A stretch of 64,000 nt of DNA from an uncultured delta proteobacterium (lineage in GTDB: Bacteria > Desulfobacterota > Syntrophobacteria > BM002), in assembly GCA_963712115.1 (NCBI GenBank), contig CAVQGX010000027.1, positions 32,001 to 96,000 on the forward strand, written 5' to 3'. Position 1 is the stretch's first letter; each line of letters opens with the position of its first letter. The position numbers and the translations under genes were made by a program. Of the stretch, positions 9,064 through 20,351 are shown in pieces. The notes below the pieces were generated by a model. The model searched no databases and was not told the DNA's origin. It was given only the letters and a program-made list of their open reading frames with translations.

Positions 9064-11644
9064 ATGGAAGAGCAAAAGCCCTCCAAAATAAACGTCATCC
9101 GACAATTTCTTCGACGCAATTGGTACTGGGTTACCTTAATTGCCTCTGCGCTTTTGGCGGCTGCAATACTCACATCTTTGCCATACGGTATAGACTATGC
9201 TCTTGAGCGCTGGCTGATTTCTCAAGGGCTCGACCGTGCCAGTATAGAAGACGTGGACTTCAACCCTTTTACCGGCACCCTGGTGTTGCGTAACTTGCAG
9301 GCAAAGATAGGCGAATCCCAAGTGCTTCGGGTCCCAGAAGCCAGGATGCGGATCTACTGGCTGCCGTTTTTCAGCAAAAGGGCCCACATAGAAAAGCTGA
9401 CCGTAAGGGATACCACCGTGGTGGTTGAACATGACGAAAAGGGACGCTGGCGCATTGGAGGTCTTGCTCTGGCGGCCGCAGAAGCAGTAGCAGCCAAACC
9501 GACCGAGGCGGCTTGGGGATTCACTTTGAACCAGCTCGAAATTCGCAACAGCCAGGTTGAGCACACGGGAGCCGGTCTGAAGGTGAAAGTGACGATAGAC
9601 AAGGCGTCCATGAGCAGACTGAGAAGTTGGGACAAGGAGCAGGCTGCGCGCATGGACTTTGAGGGAAAGATCAACGATGGCACAGTGAAAATGGAAGCAG
9701 ATTTCTTTCCCTTTGCCGCCCAGCCAAGCGTTAGCGGGAGTCTGGAGTTGGCAGGTGTCTCCTTGACTGATATTGCGGATCTGGCAGCACCTTCTCTAAT
9801 GGGATTGCAGGGTGAGCTCAGCATTAAAAGTCGACTGAGTGTTAAAAAGGAGGGTAATGGGAGCGTAAGTGTAGTGCAGCAGGGAACTATATCCCTCAGT
9901 CAGATGAAAGCTCCGGGGAAGGGTGTCGATACGGCGGGCCGAAACCTGGAGTGGGACGGCACCATTCGATTTGTCTCATCTGAGTTAACTGCTCAGGGAA
10001 AATTAACCGGTACCGACCTGGCCGTTCGCTTCCTGGAGGAGGGGTTGGACTTGCACGTGGGCGATTTTGTCTGGGCGGGGCAACTGGACTATGGCAAGGA
10101 GAATCAACCAGGCTTGCTGCAAGCGGCTGGTGATTTGGGGCTGCGCCAGGTAAATATGGATGACATGAGGCGAAAGTTGAGATTGGTCGGCATGGGGGAG
10201 CTTAACCTTAAAAACCTCTCCACCCAAGGTCCAAAGCAAGTCAAGGTGCCAGAGGTATACGTTGAAAAGCTGCATTTAATTCAGCGGTTGCAAGATAATC
10301 AACAAGCAGGCGACGAGCCTTCTCTGATCAGCGCTTCCAGGCGCAACGACTTCAGGATGTCGAGCTGGCAGAACTCGCGGGAGCTTTCAATCAAATCGGT
10401 GGAGCTATCAGGAATCAATTCCTTGCTTCTCCACGATTCACAGGGTAAATGGCAGCCGATTGCCGGGCTGTTTCTGCCAGTCAAAGAAAGTAAAAGGAGC
10501 GAAACAGGTAAAAGCCAAAAACCTGTTATGGTCAAAATCGCGACGGGCGCGCATTGCTGACCAAGGCTTGTTCCGTTTCGAAGACAGGGGAGTATCGCCA
10601 CCCTTTAAAACCAGTCTTACGATCAGTGAGGCGACCCTGACCGGACTGGACTCCGATAAGCCCGAGCAGCCCGCCATCGTGAGCCTGGTTGGCAAGATAG
10701 ACGAGTATACGGATGTGTCAATTCAGGGAAAGGTAACACCCTTTACCCAGCGTCTGGGCCTCGATCTTGCCGCCAAGATTGATGATTTCGACCTGCCAGG
10801 CCTTTCTCCCTATGTGGTTCGGCTGATCGGCTACAAAGTAACAAGTGGCCATCTGGACACAGATATCGAGCTTCAAAGCCTTCAAGGAGACCTCAAAGGA
10901 AAATGTAAATTCACCATTAGCAATGCGGAGGTCGCCCCGGCTGACGCCAAGATCATGGAACAATTCGAACGTCAGCTCAAGGTTCCCCTGCCTACTGCTC
11001 TGGCCGTGCTAAAGGATAGTAAAAACAAAATCAAGCTGGTTGTACCCATTACGGGTGACATTACTGACCCCAAGTTTAGTTTCACTGATGCTTTTAACCA
11101 GGCTTTAGTCAAGGGCATGACCAAGGCTGCGGTGAGCTACCTGAAATACATCTTCCAGCCCTACGGCACCATGATGACAGTTGTTGAGCTGGGCATCATG
11201 GCTGGTAAAAAGATTACCGCGTTGCGCTTGGATCCGGTATTTTTCGATCCCGGCTCAGATACGATTTCCGATAATGCTGTCCCTTACCTGGAGCGGGTAG
11301 CGGAGTTGCTGAAAACGCGACCTCAAATCCGCATCAAAGTCTGTGGCCTGGCCACTGAAGCAGACAAGGGTAACCAGAAGGAAACCTCAGGAAAAAAGGA
11401 ACCAGAGCAGCCGACCGCTGTGGAAAAAAGCCCAGACGCTCCCGAAGTCGAAACATATCCAGAGCAGCTGCAGCCCCTCACTGTTGACGAGCAACTGGGC
11501 AAGCTAGCGCAGCAACGCGCAGCCGGAATCAAGGAATATCTGGTGAAGAATCATGGGATCGAGGACGATCGTCTCCTGGTATGTCTTCCAGAGTACGACG
11601 CCAGAGAAAAAGCCACCCCCCGGGTTGAACTATTGGTCCCATGA
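9064..11644 (+). CDS. DUF748 (AsmA-like) protein with C-terminal OmpA-like domain; split by apparent insertion errors near 10340-10380 and 10540
   Basis: N-terminal TM, VDFNPFTG, LSPY...GY, ITGDITDPKFS, LAQQRAAGIKEYL...PRVEL. ORFs 9064-10560 and 10460-11644 join with a one-base correction. Confidence 0.8.
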
Positions 11645-11696
11645 TCAAAACCACCTCAGGTCTCTCAAGCTGCCAAGCTCAATGAAAAAACACTCT

Positions 11697-11951
11697 GAAA
11701 AACAATTTGCACTATGCCGGAAATCAGGCAATGCGGCAGTCTTCTAACCATTAACCATGCACCTGGGCCCCGATGATATTCTGGTAAACATCGATGTGGA
11801 GTTTGTCGACGGCCTCTCAACAGATGAGCTGGAAGCTGCAATTGACCGTATTGAACCTCGGGTGAAAGAAGCCGTCCCCACAGCAAACAAGATCTAAATC
11901 GAGGCCAAGGCCGTGAAGAAAGAGTTGGCTGGCGCCAAAAAGACCAGCTGA
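11697..11951 (+). pseudogene. C-terminal remnant of a cation diffusion facilitator (CDF) transporter
   Basis: Reads LLT/MHLGPDDILVNIDVEFVDGLSTDELEAAIDRIEPRVKEAVPTANKI*IEAK. Has a 7-bp tandem duplication (TAACCAT x2) and an in-frame TAA; no TM domain upstream. Confidence 0.7.
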
Positions 11952-12025
11952 GAGCACAACCTGCCCGAAGAATTTCGTTCTAAGACTTTACCCGCAGGAC
12001 AAAGGATAAGAGGAGGTTAGTCCTC

Positions 12026-12772
12026 ATGGTGGAATTGCTTACTTTTGAGAACATTGTAGCCCTGCTCACACTCACAATGCTCGAGATCGTGCTGGGAATA
12101 GACAATATTGTCTTTCTCGTGATTCTTACCGGAAAGCTGGACCCCACCAAGCAGGTGAGAGCCCGCCGCATAGGACTCTTTGCCGCCATGGTAATGCGAA
12201 TTCTCCTGCTTCTGACCATCACCTGGATTATGCGCCTTACCCGACCACTCTTTGACCTTTTTGGACACGGTTTTTCCGGGCGTGACTTAATCCTTCTTGC
12301 CGGGGGTCTCTTTCTCATTGGTAAGTCCACCTATGAGATACATCACAACTTGGAGGACAAAGGCAAATCGCACTCCCCCCATCGCAGCGCTGCCTCCTTT
12401 TCCGGAGTGATTTTCCAGGTAATGCTCATGGATATCGTTTTCTCCCTGGATTCGGTTATCACGGCTGTGGGCATGGCAAGGCACGTGGTCATTATGATCG
12501 TGGCGGTTGTTGCCGCGGTGGTGACCATGTTTGTTTTCGTGGAAACCGTCACCAACTTCATTGAGCACCACCCGACTTTCAAGATGTTGGCCCTTTCTTT
12601 TTTGTTACTCGTGGGGGTGGTGCTGGTTGCCGATGGTCTCGGTAAAGACATTTCCAAAGGCTACATCTACTTCGCCATGTCTTTTTCTCTATTGGTTGAA
12701 ATCCTCAATATTCGAGTGCGAGGGCGTGGAAGACCAGCCGGATCCGGGCAATTGTCGAAGTCGGTTTCGTAG
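12026..12772 (+). CDS. TerC family integral membrane protein
   Basis: LEIVLGIDNIVF, DIVFSLDSVITAVG, KGYIYFAMSFS. Confidence 0.93.
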   Translation: MVELLTFENIVALLTLTMLEIVLGIDNIVFLVILTGKLDPTKQVRARRIGLFAAMVMRILLLLTITWIMRLTRPLFDLFGHGFSGRDLILLAGGLFLIGKSTYEIHHNLEDKGKSHSPHRSAASFSGVIFQVMLMDIVFSLDSVITAVGMARHVVIMIVAVVAAVVTMFVFVETVTNFIEHHPTFKMLALSFLLLVGVVLVADGLGKDISKGYIYFAMSFSLLVEILNIRVRGRGRPAGSGQLSKSVS

Positions 12773-12956
12773 AACCAGTGAAACATCCGGGCTAGAGGTT
12801 TATCTCAACCAATAACCATCACTGCCAACGAAAAATGGCTGGAATTTCCTCTTAGATATGTGTTTGACTGTAAAGAAGGGCGTGCTATTAAAAATAGGAT
12901 CTCCAGCTGCTGATCCAAACCCCAGCCATTGATGTAAGGCTGGCAAGAGAGGCCTA

Positions 12957-13824
12957 ATGCGTCCCTTACTTCCGCAAAGTCACTTAGTCTTACGTATCAT
13001 TGTGATCCTTGCCATCGCCGGAGGAGCACATCTACTGGTGCGGCTCGTCCGGCGCTTGGGTCAACGGGGTAATGGCTTCTCGGGTGAGCACCACTTTTTC
13101 TAAGGCCAGAACCGTTACCAGCCTTTCCGTGAGCATCGCCGTATTTGCTATGTATTTTGTCGCCGTGGGCATGGTGCTCAGGGAATTCGGCATATCACTC
13201 ACCGCCTACCTTGCCAGTGCATCTATTATTGGTCTTGCCGTAGGTTTCGGTTCCCAGGGACTGGTCCAGGATGTGGTGACCGGACTCACGGTCATTTTCT
13301 CCGATCTCTGCGACGTGGGTGATATGGTGGAGATTGCGGGTCAAACGGGCATTGTGCAGAAGGTAGGAATCCGCTTCACCGTGCTGACCAATTTCATGGG
13401 AGCGGAGGTGTTTATCCCCAACAGAACCATTACAAACGTGGTCAGGTACGAGCGTGGTTATGTCCGCGCCATAGCGGATATCAATCTTCTTGGTGACAGC
13501 GTCAAAGCAAAACAGATCGAGGATCGAGTCCGCGCCATTGTCGAGGCCACCTATGAGCAGTTTCCGGGCATTCTCATGACTCCTCCAACAATTGAGGGCA
13601 GGGTCAAGACCAGCTCTGGCAAGGAATTCCTCCGGGTGAAATTTCGCATCTGGCCCGGGCAGGGTGGCCCCCTGGAGACAGGTTTCAAACTGGAGGTGGT
13701 GGAATCACTCAAAGAAATTGATTCCTCCTATTCAGACTGGATGGTGGTCCTGACTTACGAGGTTGAGAAAAAGCCGGTGTCTCTTCCGGGGACTTCGAAA
13801 CATTCGATAAAGCTCAAACAATGA
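12957..13824 (+). CDS. Small-conductance mechanosensitive channel (MscS family); apparent +1 frameshift at about 13068
   Basis: ATG 12957 gives MRPLLPQSHLVLRIIVILAIAGG. One extra G in CGGGGT joins it to VMASRVS...IIGLAVGFGSQGLVQDVVTG...FIPNRTI. Confidence 0.85.
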
Positions 13825-13847
13825 ACCACACAACGGGGAGGCTTCTT

Positions 13848-14192
13848 ATGAAACCTTTTGTTCTGATGAGTCTGATTGCCTGTGGTTGTCTAATCTTGGG
13901 AACAATGCTGTGGGCGGCTGATACGGGAGGTGAGGCGTCATTCCAGTCTTTGAGGTGTCATACCTGTCACAAACCGGACAGAAGATCCGCTGGCCCGTCG
14001 CTCCCCGAGATTGCCAAGGCCTATAATGGACAGCAGCAGCGGCTTGTTCAGTATCTTAAAGGCGAAACGGGGCCCCTGATGGATCTGGGCAAGCGGCAGG
14101 TGATGGAGCGCAAACTCGAAAAAACCAAGGAGATATCCGATGGGGAGCGGAAAGATCTGGCGGACTACATTCTGAGCTTTGGGGGGAAGTAG
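13848..14192 (+). CDS. Monoheme c-type cytochrome (c551/c552-like)
   Basis: Signal peptide, CHTCH heme motif, GPSLPEIA, distal Met, LADYIL C-terminus. Confidence 0.85.
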   Translation: MKPFVLMSLIACGCLILGTMLWAADTGGEASFQSLRCHTCHKPDRRSAGPSLPEIAKAYNGQQQRLVQYLKGETGPLMDLGKRQVMERKLEKTKEISDGERKDLADYILSFGGK

Positions 14193-14279
14193 CCTGGTTG
14201 CAACTACTCAAAGCTGAGCCAGCCAGCCATTGTGATAAGGATAAGAGTTGAGGCAGGAAAAGAATGGGAGGAGAACTTT

Positions 14280-14717
14280 ATGGAACTTCCAGAATATGTG
14301 ACGGTTGATGAGGTGAAAAGGGTGTGCGAGAAATTGAACCTCAGAGATTGGACTGCTTTAGAGAAAGCCGAAATATTATCGGAAGAGGCAAAGATAATTC
14401 TGACTCTAGTAAATACCCAAGGAATGAACATTGACATAGAGGACTTTCGCCAGGGTCTCGAAGTGGAACTCGAGCATGGGATGAGATTTAAGGATGCAAA
14501 TGTGACCAATAATCATCCCATCTTGACAGGAAAAATCGTTCTTGCACACCTGAAGGAATTTTTGGATTATTACAAACGGCTTGAAGTAGCTGAGATAGAA
14601 GGTGATTTACTCAAGGCGATAATTGCCAAGGATTCGGCAAAAGTTGAAGCTCTGTACAGGAAGCTGATAGTGGCCAAGAGAGAACTCAGTCAAACAGAAT
14701 CAGAACAGCTACCATAA
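14280..14717 (+). CDS. DUF5661-like protein
   Basis: GLEVELEHG...NVTNNHPILTGKIVLAHLKEFLDYYKRL motif; RBS GGAGGAG. Confidence 0.7.
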   Translation: MELPEYVTVDEVKRVCEKLNLRDWTALEKAEILSEEAKIILTLVNTQGMNIDIEDFRQGLEVELEHGMRFKDANVTNNHPILTGKIVLAHLKEFLDYYKRLEVAEIEGDLLKAIIAKDSAKVEALYRKLIVAKRELSQTESEQLP

Positions 14718-15084
14718 CCGATTAAGCAAGCATCAAGAAATTTCTATGCATCACTGCCCTGGGCTACAGCCAGAAAGTCCGGGGAAGATGGGTCGGGATA
14801 GTAGCCCTCAGTGGAACGTGACTGAGGCCTTGGCAGCCAGGTTTTGCGGGCCAGCGATGGACTGGAGGCCCGACGAAGGAGAGCGTCAAGTGGCGCAGAA
14901 AGAGTTGCACAGAAGTGGTCAACAGATAGAGCGGAACGTTGCGGGGTTGATCGAACTCGGTAGGACGGACACGGTGTATGGAGATTTGTATTTTCGCCGG
15001 GCTTACAGCCTCTGGCGGGTGTCACGGCAAAAGAACTTCCCCAATTGCGGGATCGGGTTGTCAAGGAGCTTACCACTCTCGAGG

Positions 15085-15282
15085 ACGGAGATCCAGTTCT
15101 TCCTCATTGGTGAGATCTCAACTCAGAGTCATATTGTGTTCCAGAGGCAATATCACCGGGAGATTCCTCTTGAGGGGAGTTCCTCCATGGCACTGGCTCA
15201 GGGGTGGAGTGAAGCGCTGCGGCAAATCCTCTCAGAGCTCGAGAAAGATATGTCCGGGATGGATCTCAAGACGGGCACTTAG
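15085..15282 (+). pseudogene. Possible C-terminal remnant of an ABC-transporter auxiliary lipoprotein (PqiC-like)
   Basis: EIQFFLI...IVFQRQYHREIPL...ALAQGWSEALRQILSELEKDM resembles that family's C-terminus. The upstream part of ORF 14746-15282 lacks a lipobox and looks unrelated. Confidence 0.4.
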
Positions 15283-15359
15283 GTAAGGCGAGTGTTCTGA
15301 AACAGAGTGTCGTCAGCCCCCTCGAACAAGCCTATAAGGAAGAGGAGTAAAACTCATTG

Positions 15360-15692
15360 ATGCCGGAACAGGAAATCGTACCCGAAAGCGTCATTATTGG
15401 GGAGGCTCAGCTCATTCTGGCGGAAAAAAGGACGACGCTGGCGGTAATGCGTACCGGCATTGCCGTCTTCGCCCTGCCACTGTCGGTACTGAGCATCTTG
15501 ATCGCCACCTCAAAATACTACGACGTCTTGGACGTCATGCTCCTCCTCCTGCCCCTCTTGCTAGTGTGTGGAGCTCTGATAATTCTGGGTTCGTACCTGA
15601 TCGTTCGGTCCATCGTCCGCCTTCGGCACCAGGACGAACTTATCCTAGAGCTCAAGCGAAAACACAGCGAGATCGCCGAGTTTATGGATTGA
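15360..15692 (+). CDS. Small membrane protein (DUF202-like)
   Basis: LAEKRTTLAVMRTGIA motif followed by two TM segments. Confidence 0.65.
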   Translation: MPEQEIVPESVIIGEAQLILAEKRTTLAVMRTGIAVFALPLSVLSILIATSKYYDVLDVMLLLLPLLLVCGALIILGSYLIVRSIVRLRHQDELILELKRKHSEIAEFMD

Positions 15693-15719
15693 AACGGAGC
15701 AAAAAAGGAGGCGAGTTCC

Positions 15720-16106
15720 ATGAGCTACTATTTTAGCAAACGGGTGGACAGTTCATTCGACGAGGCCGTAACGCGAGTCATTGACGAACTGAAGAAAGAA
15801 GGGTTTGGAGTTCTTACCGAAATAGATGTCAAAGAAGCATTGAAAAAGAAACTCAATGTGGACTTCAGGAGGTACAGAATTCTCGGGGCCTGCAACCCTC
15901 CCTTCGCCTATCGAGCATTGCAAGTAGAAGATAAGATCGGCACGATGCTGCCCTGTAATGTAATCGTGCAAGAGGACGCGGAAGGCAAAATCGAGGTGGC
16001 TGCTATAGACCCGATTGCATCCATGCGAGCCGTTGAGAACCCCGAGCTCAGAGAAGTAGCTGAGCAGGTGCAGGCCAAACTGAAAAGGGTCATTGGCAAC
16101 CTGTGA
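15720..16106 (+). CDS. DUF302 domain-containing protein
   Basis: GFGVLTEID, YRILGACNP, IGTMLPCNV, AIDP. Confidence 0.92.
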   Translation: MSYYFSKRVDSSFDEAVTRVIDELKKEGFGVLTEIDVKEALKKKLNVDFRRYRILGACNPPFAYRALQVEDKIGTMLPCNVIVQEDAEGKIEVAAIDPIASMRAVENPELREVAEQVQAKLKRVIGNL

Positions 16107-16132
16107 TACCAGAGCTCTTGAAAGAGGGGGCT

Positions 16133-16951
16133 ATGATGAAATCTCTTAATAAACAAGTAGTTTTCATGGCAGTCATAGTTTGCCTGTTATGGGCGTGCAG
16201 CACGGTGCCAATTACAGGACGAAAACAACTCGATCTGGTTCCCAACTCCACCATGCTCTCTACGAGCTTTCAAGAGTACGACAAGTTTCTTGGGGAGCAT
16301 AAGTTGAGTACCAATCAAGAGCAGACCCAGATGGTGAAAAGGGTTGGAACTAGTATTCAAAAAGCAGTGGAGCAATATTTCCAGCAGAAAAACTTGTCAA
16401 ACCAACTGAATGGTTATGCCTGGGAATTCAATCTTGTGGAGAGCGAGGAAGTAAATGCCTGGTGTATGCCCGGGGGAAAGGTTGTGGTGTACACGGGAAT
16501 TCTGCCGATCACCAGGGATGAAGCCGGCTTGGCCACAGTCATGGGACACGAAATAGCCCACGCAGTGGCGAGACACGGCAACGAGAGAATGAGTCAGGGT
16601 CTGCTGACTCAGATGGGGGGTATGGCGCTGGCGGTGGCTCTCGAACAAAATCCGTCCCAAACCAGCCAACTGTGGATGGCTGTTTATGGCATGGGGTCGC
16701 AGGTGGGAATATTGCTGCCTTACAGCCGCTTGCACGAATCGGAAGCGGATCACCTAGGCCTGATATTTATGGCCATGGCCGGCTACGATCCTAATAAAGC
16801 CGTGGACTTCTGGCAAAGGATGTCACAAATGAAAGGTGGTCAGGCGCCACCGGAATTCCTGAGCACCCACCCATCAGACGAAACCAGGATCAGAAAAATC
16901 AAAGAGTTCCTCCCGGAAGCCATGCAATATTATAAGATACCACGCTCTTAG
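16133..16951 (+). CDS. M48 family metallopeptidase lipoprotein
   Basis: Lipobox LWAC, NAWCMPGG, HEIAH zinc motif, ESEAD, FLSTHPS. Confidence 0.93.
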   Translation: MMKSLNKQVVFMAVIVCLLWACSTVPITGRKQLDLVPNSTMLSTSFQEYDKFLGEHKLSTNQEQTQMVKRVGTSIQKAVEQYFQQKNLSNQLNGYAWEFNLVESEEVNAWCMPGGKVVVYTGILPITRDEAGLATVMGHEIAHAVARHGNERMSQGLLTQMGGMALAVALEQNPSQTSQLWMAVYGMGSQVGILLPYSRLHESEADHLGLIFMAMAGYDPNKAVDFWQRMSQMKGGQAPPEFLSTHPSDETRIRKIKEFLPEAMQYYKIPRS

Positions 16952-16965
16952 AGTCGGCACCACAT

Positions 16966-17096
16966 AGGCTGTCCGGCAACCACCCAAAAGCCAGAGACTG
17001 TCATTCTGAGCAAAGCGAAGAATCTCATTAGTTCAAGCACTTACATCTTGGAGATTCTTCGGCTGACGCCTCAGAATGACATTGTTGGACAGACTC
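16966..17096. mobile_element. MITE-like element with internal REP doublet (family B)
   Basis: Ends AGGCTGTCC.../...GGACAGACTC. Internal TGTCATTCTGAGCAAAGCGAAGAATCT...AGATTCTTCGG...TCAGAATGACA. Near-copy in reverse orientation at 50242-50377. Confidence 0.7.
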
Positions 17097-17143
17097 CATA
17101 GGGAAATTTAAACGGGAAACGGGTGCTGGCATAGTCGGTAGGG

Positions 17144-18310
17144 TCATGCTTGTCGCAGGGACTCCACGATGTTGAGCTTCGACGCCCTGAAAGCGGGCAA
17201 GATCCCGCCGGCGAGCCCCATGAACAGCGAAAAGGTCAGGGCCTTGTATACAATCTCAAAGGAGAGAGAGAAGCCGAAGGCGAGTTCGGAAAAAGTCTGA
17301 AAATTGGTGGTGGAAACGGTGAACAATTGGAGAAATGATGCGAAAAAAAGCCCTGCAACCCCGCCGATAAAGCCGAGAAAGAGCGATTCCAGGAGAAAGG
17401 CGACCAGTATGGTACCCCGCCTGAACCCCAGAGCGCGGAGGGTAGCAATCTCCCCTATGCGGTTTGCCACCGCAGCATACATGGTGATCATGGCGCCGAT
17501 GACGGCGCCGATAGAAAAGATAGAGGTCAAGGAGAGACCAAGAATGCGGAGGAATTTGGCCAGCGCTTTTGACTGATCCTTGTAGTAGGTGGTCTCCCGC
17601 TTAGCCTCCAGAGTGAGACGCGGATCGCCCTGGATGCGGTCTTTTACCTTTTGGAATTCGAGGTTATTCCGCAGCCTGAAAATGACTGAGGAGTAGACAG
17701 GCCTTCCGAAGGCCTGCATGAATTGATCCACGTCTCCCCATATCTCAGAACTGAAACCGGTGTTGCCCGCATCAAAGATGCCCACCACAGTCCAGGTCCG
17801 CATGGCGAATGAGAGCACTTTGCCGAGGCCCACATTCTCGAAACGCTTGGCTACGCTCAGCCCGGCCATAATTTCGGACGAACCCGGTCTTGGCAACCGC
17901 CCGACTGCAAGTTTAACCTGAGGTCGCAGTTTCAGAGAAGTCTCTGAAATTCCCCTGATAATCACATTGGTGGGGCTGCCGGAGTCTCGCTTGCGCAAAT
18001 TTATGAGGACCACCAACTCTTTTGCCACAAGCCTCCGGCCGTCCGACCCCAGGGCCACTTCAGGCTGGGTCTCCACAATGGCCGCTTGCTCTCGGTCGAT
18101 TCCACTCTGCATCTCGGAACCGGCTGAACGGCGGAGAACCACGACGTTTGACCAGGATCCGGTCTCCACTAGAGTCTTCTGCAGACCTTCCGCCAGCATG
18201 ACAATTGAGGCGAATACGAAGACCACCAGGGCCATGCCGGAGGCAGTTAGAAAAGTGGTGAGCCGCCGGGTAAGAAGATTGCGAAAACTGTAGAAGAGAA
18301 GCAGTTTCAC
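17144..18310 (-). CDS. ABC transporter permease (FtsX/MacB-like)
   Basis: RNLLTRRLTT, EIATLRALGF, four-TM FtsX-type layout. Confidence 0.9.
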   Translation of the reverse strand: MKLLLFYSFRNLLTRRLTTFLTASGMALVVFVFASIVMLAEGLQKTLVETGSWSNVVVLRRSAGSEMQSGIDREQAAIVETQPEVALGSDGRRLVAKELVVLINLRKRDSGSPTNVIIRGISETSLKLRPQVKLAVGRLPRPGSSEIMAGLSVAKRFENVGLGKVLSFAMRTWTVVGIFDAGNTGFSSEIWGDVDQFMQAFGRPVYSSVIFRLRNNLEFQKVKDRIQGDPRLTLEAKRETTYYKDQSKALAKFLRILGLSLTSIFSIGAVIGAMITMYAAVANRIGEIATLRALGFRRGTILVAFLLESLFLGFIGGVAGLFFASFLQLFTVSTTNFQTFSELAFGFSLSFEIVYKALTFSLFMGLAGGILPAFRASKLNIVESLRQA

Positions 18311-19465
18311 CTATTCGATCCTCCCAAGGCCCTCAACCACGCGCACGGTAACAACTCGCCAGATGGGAATAACCGCAGCCACAATGCCAACCACCAGGGC
18401 GCCCGCCGCAGCCAGATAGACCGTCAGTGCTTCCACCTTGAAAACCGGGAACCAGTTGCCCACAGCCGCGGCAAAAGTTTTTGCCGCGGGAAAGGTGAGA
18501 GCTATACCGAGAGCACCACCCAATCCTGAGATCAGCAGCGATTCTCCGAGAATCAAACCGGCAAGAAAGAGACTGCCAAAACCAAGAGTCTTGAACACCG
18601 CATACTCGCCAGCGCGCTCTCGCACGGACATGACCATGGTGTTGGCCACCACCACCAGAATGATGACGATGACCACGAAAGAGACCAAGCGTATGGCAGT
18701 GAGAATTGCCTCACTCATGGAGACGAAGCTCAGCTGAAAGGCCTTTTCCGTTTCGGTGAGCGTCTCCGCCCTGGAGTTCTTGAAGGTTCTGTCAATGGCC
18801 TCTGCTGACTTGGCAGCAAGCTCCGGCGCAGCTATGCCAATAACATAGAAGCCCACCTGATCTGCCCTCCGGGGCACGGTCTTTTTCATGGTCTCGTTGA
18901 TATAGTTCCAGTGGAGGAAGAATTGATTCTCGTCGATGGTGTCGTCCCGGCCCCGATAAATACCCCGCAAGACGAAGTCCCATTTGCCGGGGAAAATAGT
19001 GCCGGTGAGGGTGATGGTATCACCGATTTTCCAGCCGAATCTTCTCGCCAGCTTGCGGCCGACAACGCACGACTTCCTGTCACGATAGAATGACGTCTTT
19101 TGGTTGTCCGGGAGCAGGTACTCGGGATAGAGACTTAGGTAGGACTCAGTTTCCACCGCAAAATTGGCGAAAAAGTTTTTCCTGTCGATGTAGTAGCCGC
19201 CGAACCAGTTACCGTAGGAGACATTCTTGACTCCATCGATCTGGCGAATCTTCTCCCGATAAGAAAGGGGGAGGGGGAAGACCAGGGAAATGGAGTTTCT
19301 GGTAATCAGCCGATTGGCAGAGGAGGCTTCCACTCCAGCGTACCAGGCGCTGACCACGGTGCGAAGGAGGGCAAAAGCGAGAATGGCGACGCACATGCCG
19401 GACACTGTAAGCAGGCTGCGGAGTCTGTGCCTAAAGGCATTCCGTAAAACTAATTTCAGGAGCAT
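18311..19465 (-). CDS. ABC transporter permease (FtsX/MacB-like)
   Basis: RNAFRHRLRSLLT, NTMVMSVRERAGEYAVFKTLGF. Confidence 0.9.
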   Translation of the reverse strand: MLLKLVLRNAFRHRLRSLLTVSGMCVAILAFALLRTVVSAWYAGVEASSANRLITRNSISLVFPLPLSYREKIRQIDGVKNVSYGNWFGGYYIDRKNFFANFAVETESYLSLYPEYLLPDNQKTSFYRDRKSCVVGRKLARRFGWKIGDTITLTGTIFPGKWDFVLRGIYRGRDDTIDENQFFLHWNYINETMKKTVPRRADQVGFYVIGIAAPELAAKSAEAIDRTFKNSRAETLTETEKAFQLSFVSMSEAILTAIRLVSFVVIVIILVVVANTMVMSVRERAGEYAVFKTLGFGSLFLAGLILGESLLISGLGGALGIALTFPAAKTFAAAVGNWFPVFKVEALTVYLAAAGALVVGIVAAVIPIWRVVTVRVVEGLGRIE

Positions 19466-20147
19466 CGGTGAGCTCACCTTTATCCAGGTATCTCATGGTG
19501 CGGGCCTTCTTGGCTGCCCGCGGATCATGGGTGACCATGATGATCGTTTTACCCAGATCACCACTTAACCGATCCATGAGTTGCAACACTTCCTCTGCTG
19601 AAGTGCGGTCGAGATCGCCCGTGGGCTCGTCCGCCACCAAGATGGTTGGATCGGTTACCACAGCGCGAGCTATGGCAACCCGCTGCTGCTGACCGCCGGA
19701 GAGTTGCCGCGGGTAGTGATCCATTCGGTCCTGAAGTGAGACCAGTTCCAGGGCCAAGGCTGAGTGCTCCCGTCGCTCTTTTCTTGAAAGTCCCGTCAAC
19801 AGAAGGGGCAGTTCAACATTTTCTAGGGCGGTGAGTACCGGAATGAGATTGTAGAACTGGAAAATGAAGCCCACATTACTGGCGCGCCACTCGGCAAGTT
19901 CAGACTCGGAAAGCGAGGTGATCTCAACTCCGCCGATCTCTATGGTTCCTCCGTCCACCTGATCGAGACCGGCAATGAGGTTTAGTAAGGTGCTCTTACC
20001 CGATCCTGATGGTCCCATGAGGGCGAGAAAATCTCCCTCATTGATGTCCAGGACGATGTTATCCAGCACCGGGATGATCTGGTTGCCCCGACGGTATGAC
20101 TTGTTGAGATCTCTTATCTGGACAAGGGGACTGTTTTTTTTATTCAT
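19431..20147 (-). CDS. ABC transporter ATP-binding protein (LolD/MacB-like)
   Basis: GPSGSGKST, LSGGQQQR, ILVADEPTG, VTHD. Confidence 0.95.
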   Translation of the reverse strand: MNKKNSPLVQIRDLNKSYRRGNQIIPVLDNIVLDINEGDFLALMGPSGSGKSTLLNLIAGLDQVDGGTIEIGGVEITSLSESELAEWRASNVGFIFQFYNLIPVLTALENVELPLLLTGLSRKERREHSALALELVSLQDRMDHYPRQLSGGQQQRVAIARAVVTDPTILVADEPTGDLDRTSAEEVLQLMDRLSGDLGKTIIMVTHDPRAAKKARTMRYLDKGELTDAPEISFTECL

Positions 20148-20153
20148 TTAGTC

Positions 20154-20351
20154 CTAAAAACCTGGTTCTTTGCGTCAGGTCAAGTCTCAATGGTTTTTCT
20201 GCTAGACATGTCCAGCGGTTTTGGAGTACTGGAGTTTTGGAGTATTGGAGTGTTGGAAAAAGCTAAAACCCAAAGATTCAACTTTAAAAGTTCTTGCATT
20301 ACTCCATTACTCCACCACTCCATTACTCCAGCTGAGCCTGGATTCTTTACT
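20154..20351. mobile_element. Non-autonomous modular repeat element (family A, copy 3) inserted inside the ABC operon
   Basis: AAAAACCTGGTTC...GCCTGGATTCTTTACT. GGAGTNYT x4 inverted against ACTCCAYY x4. Core nearly identical to 54465-54620. Confidence 0.7.
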
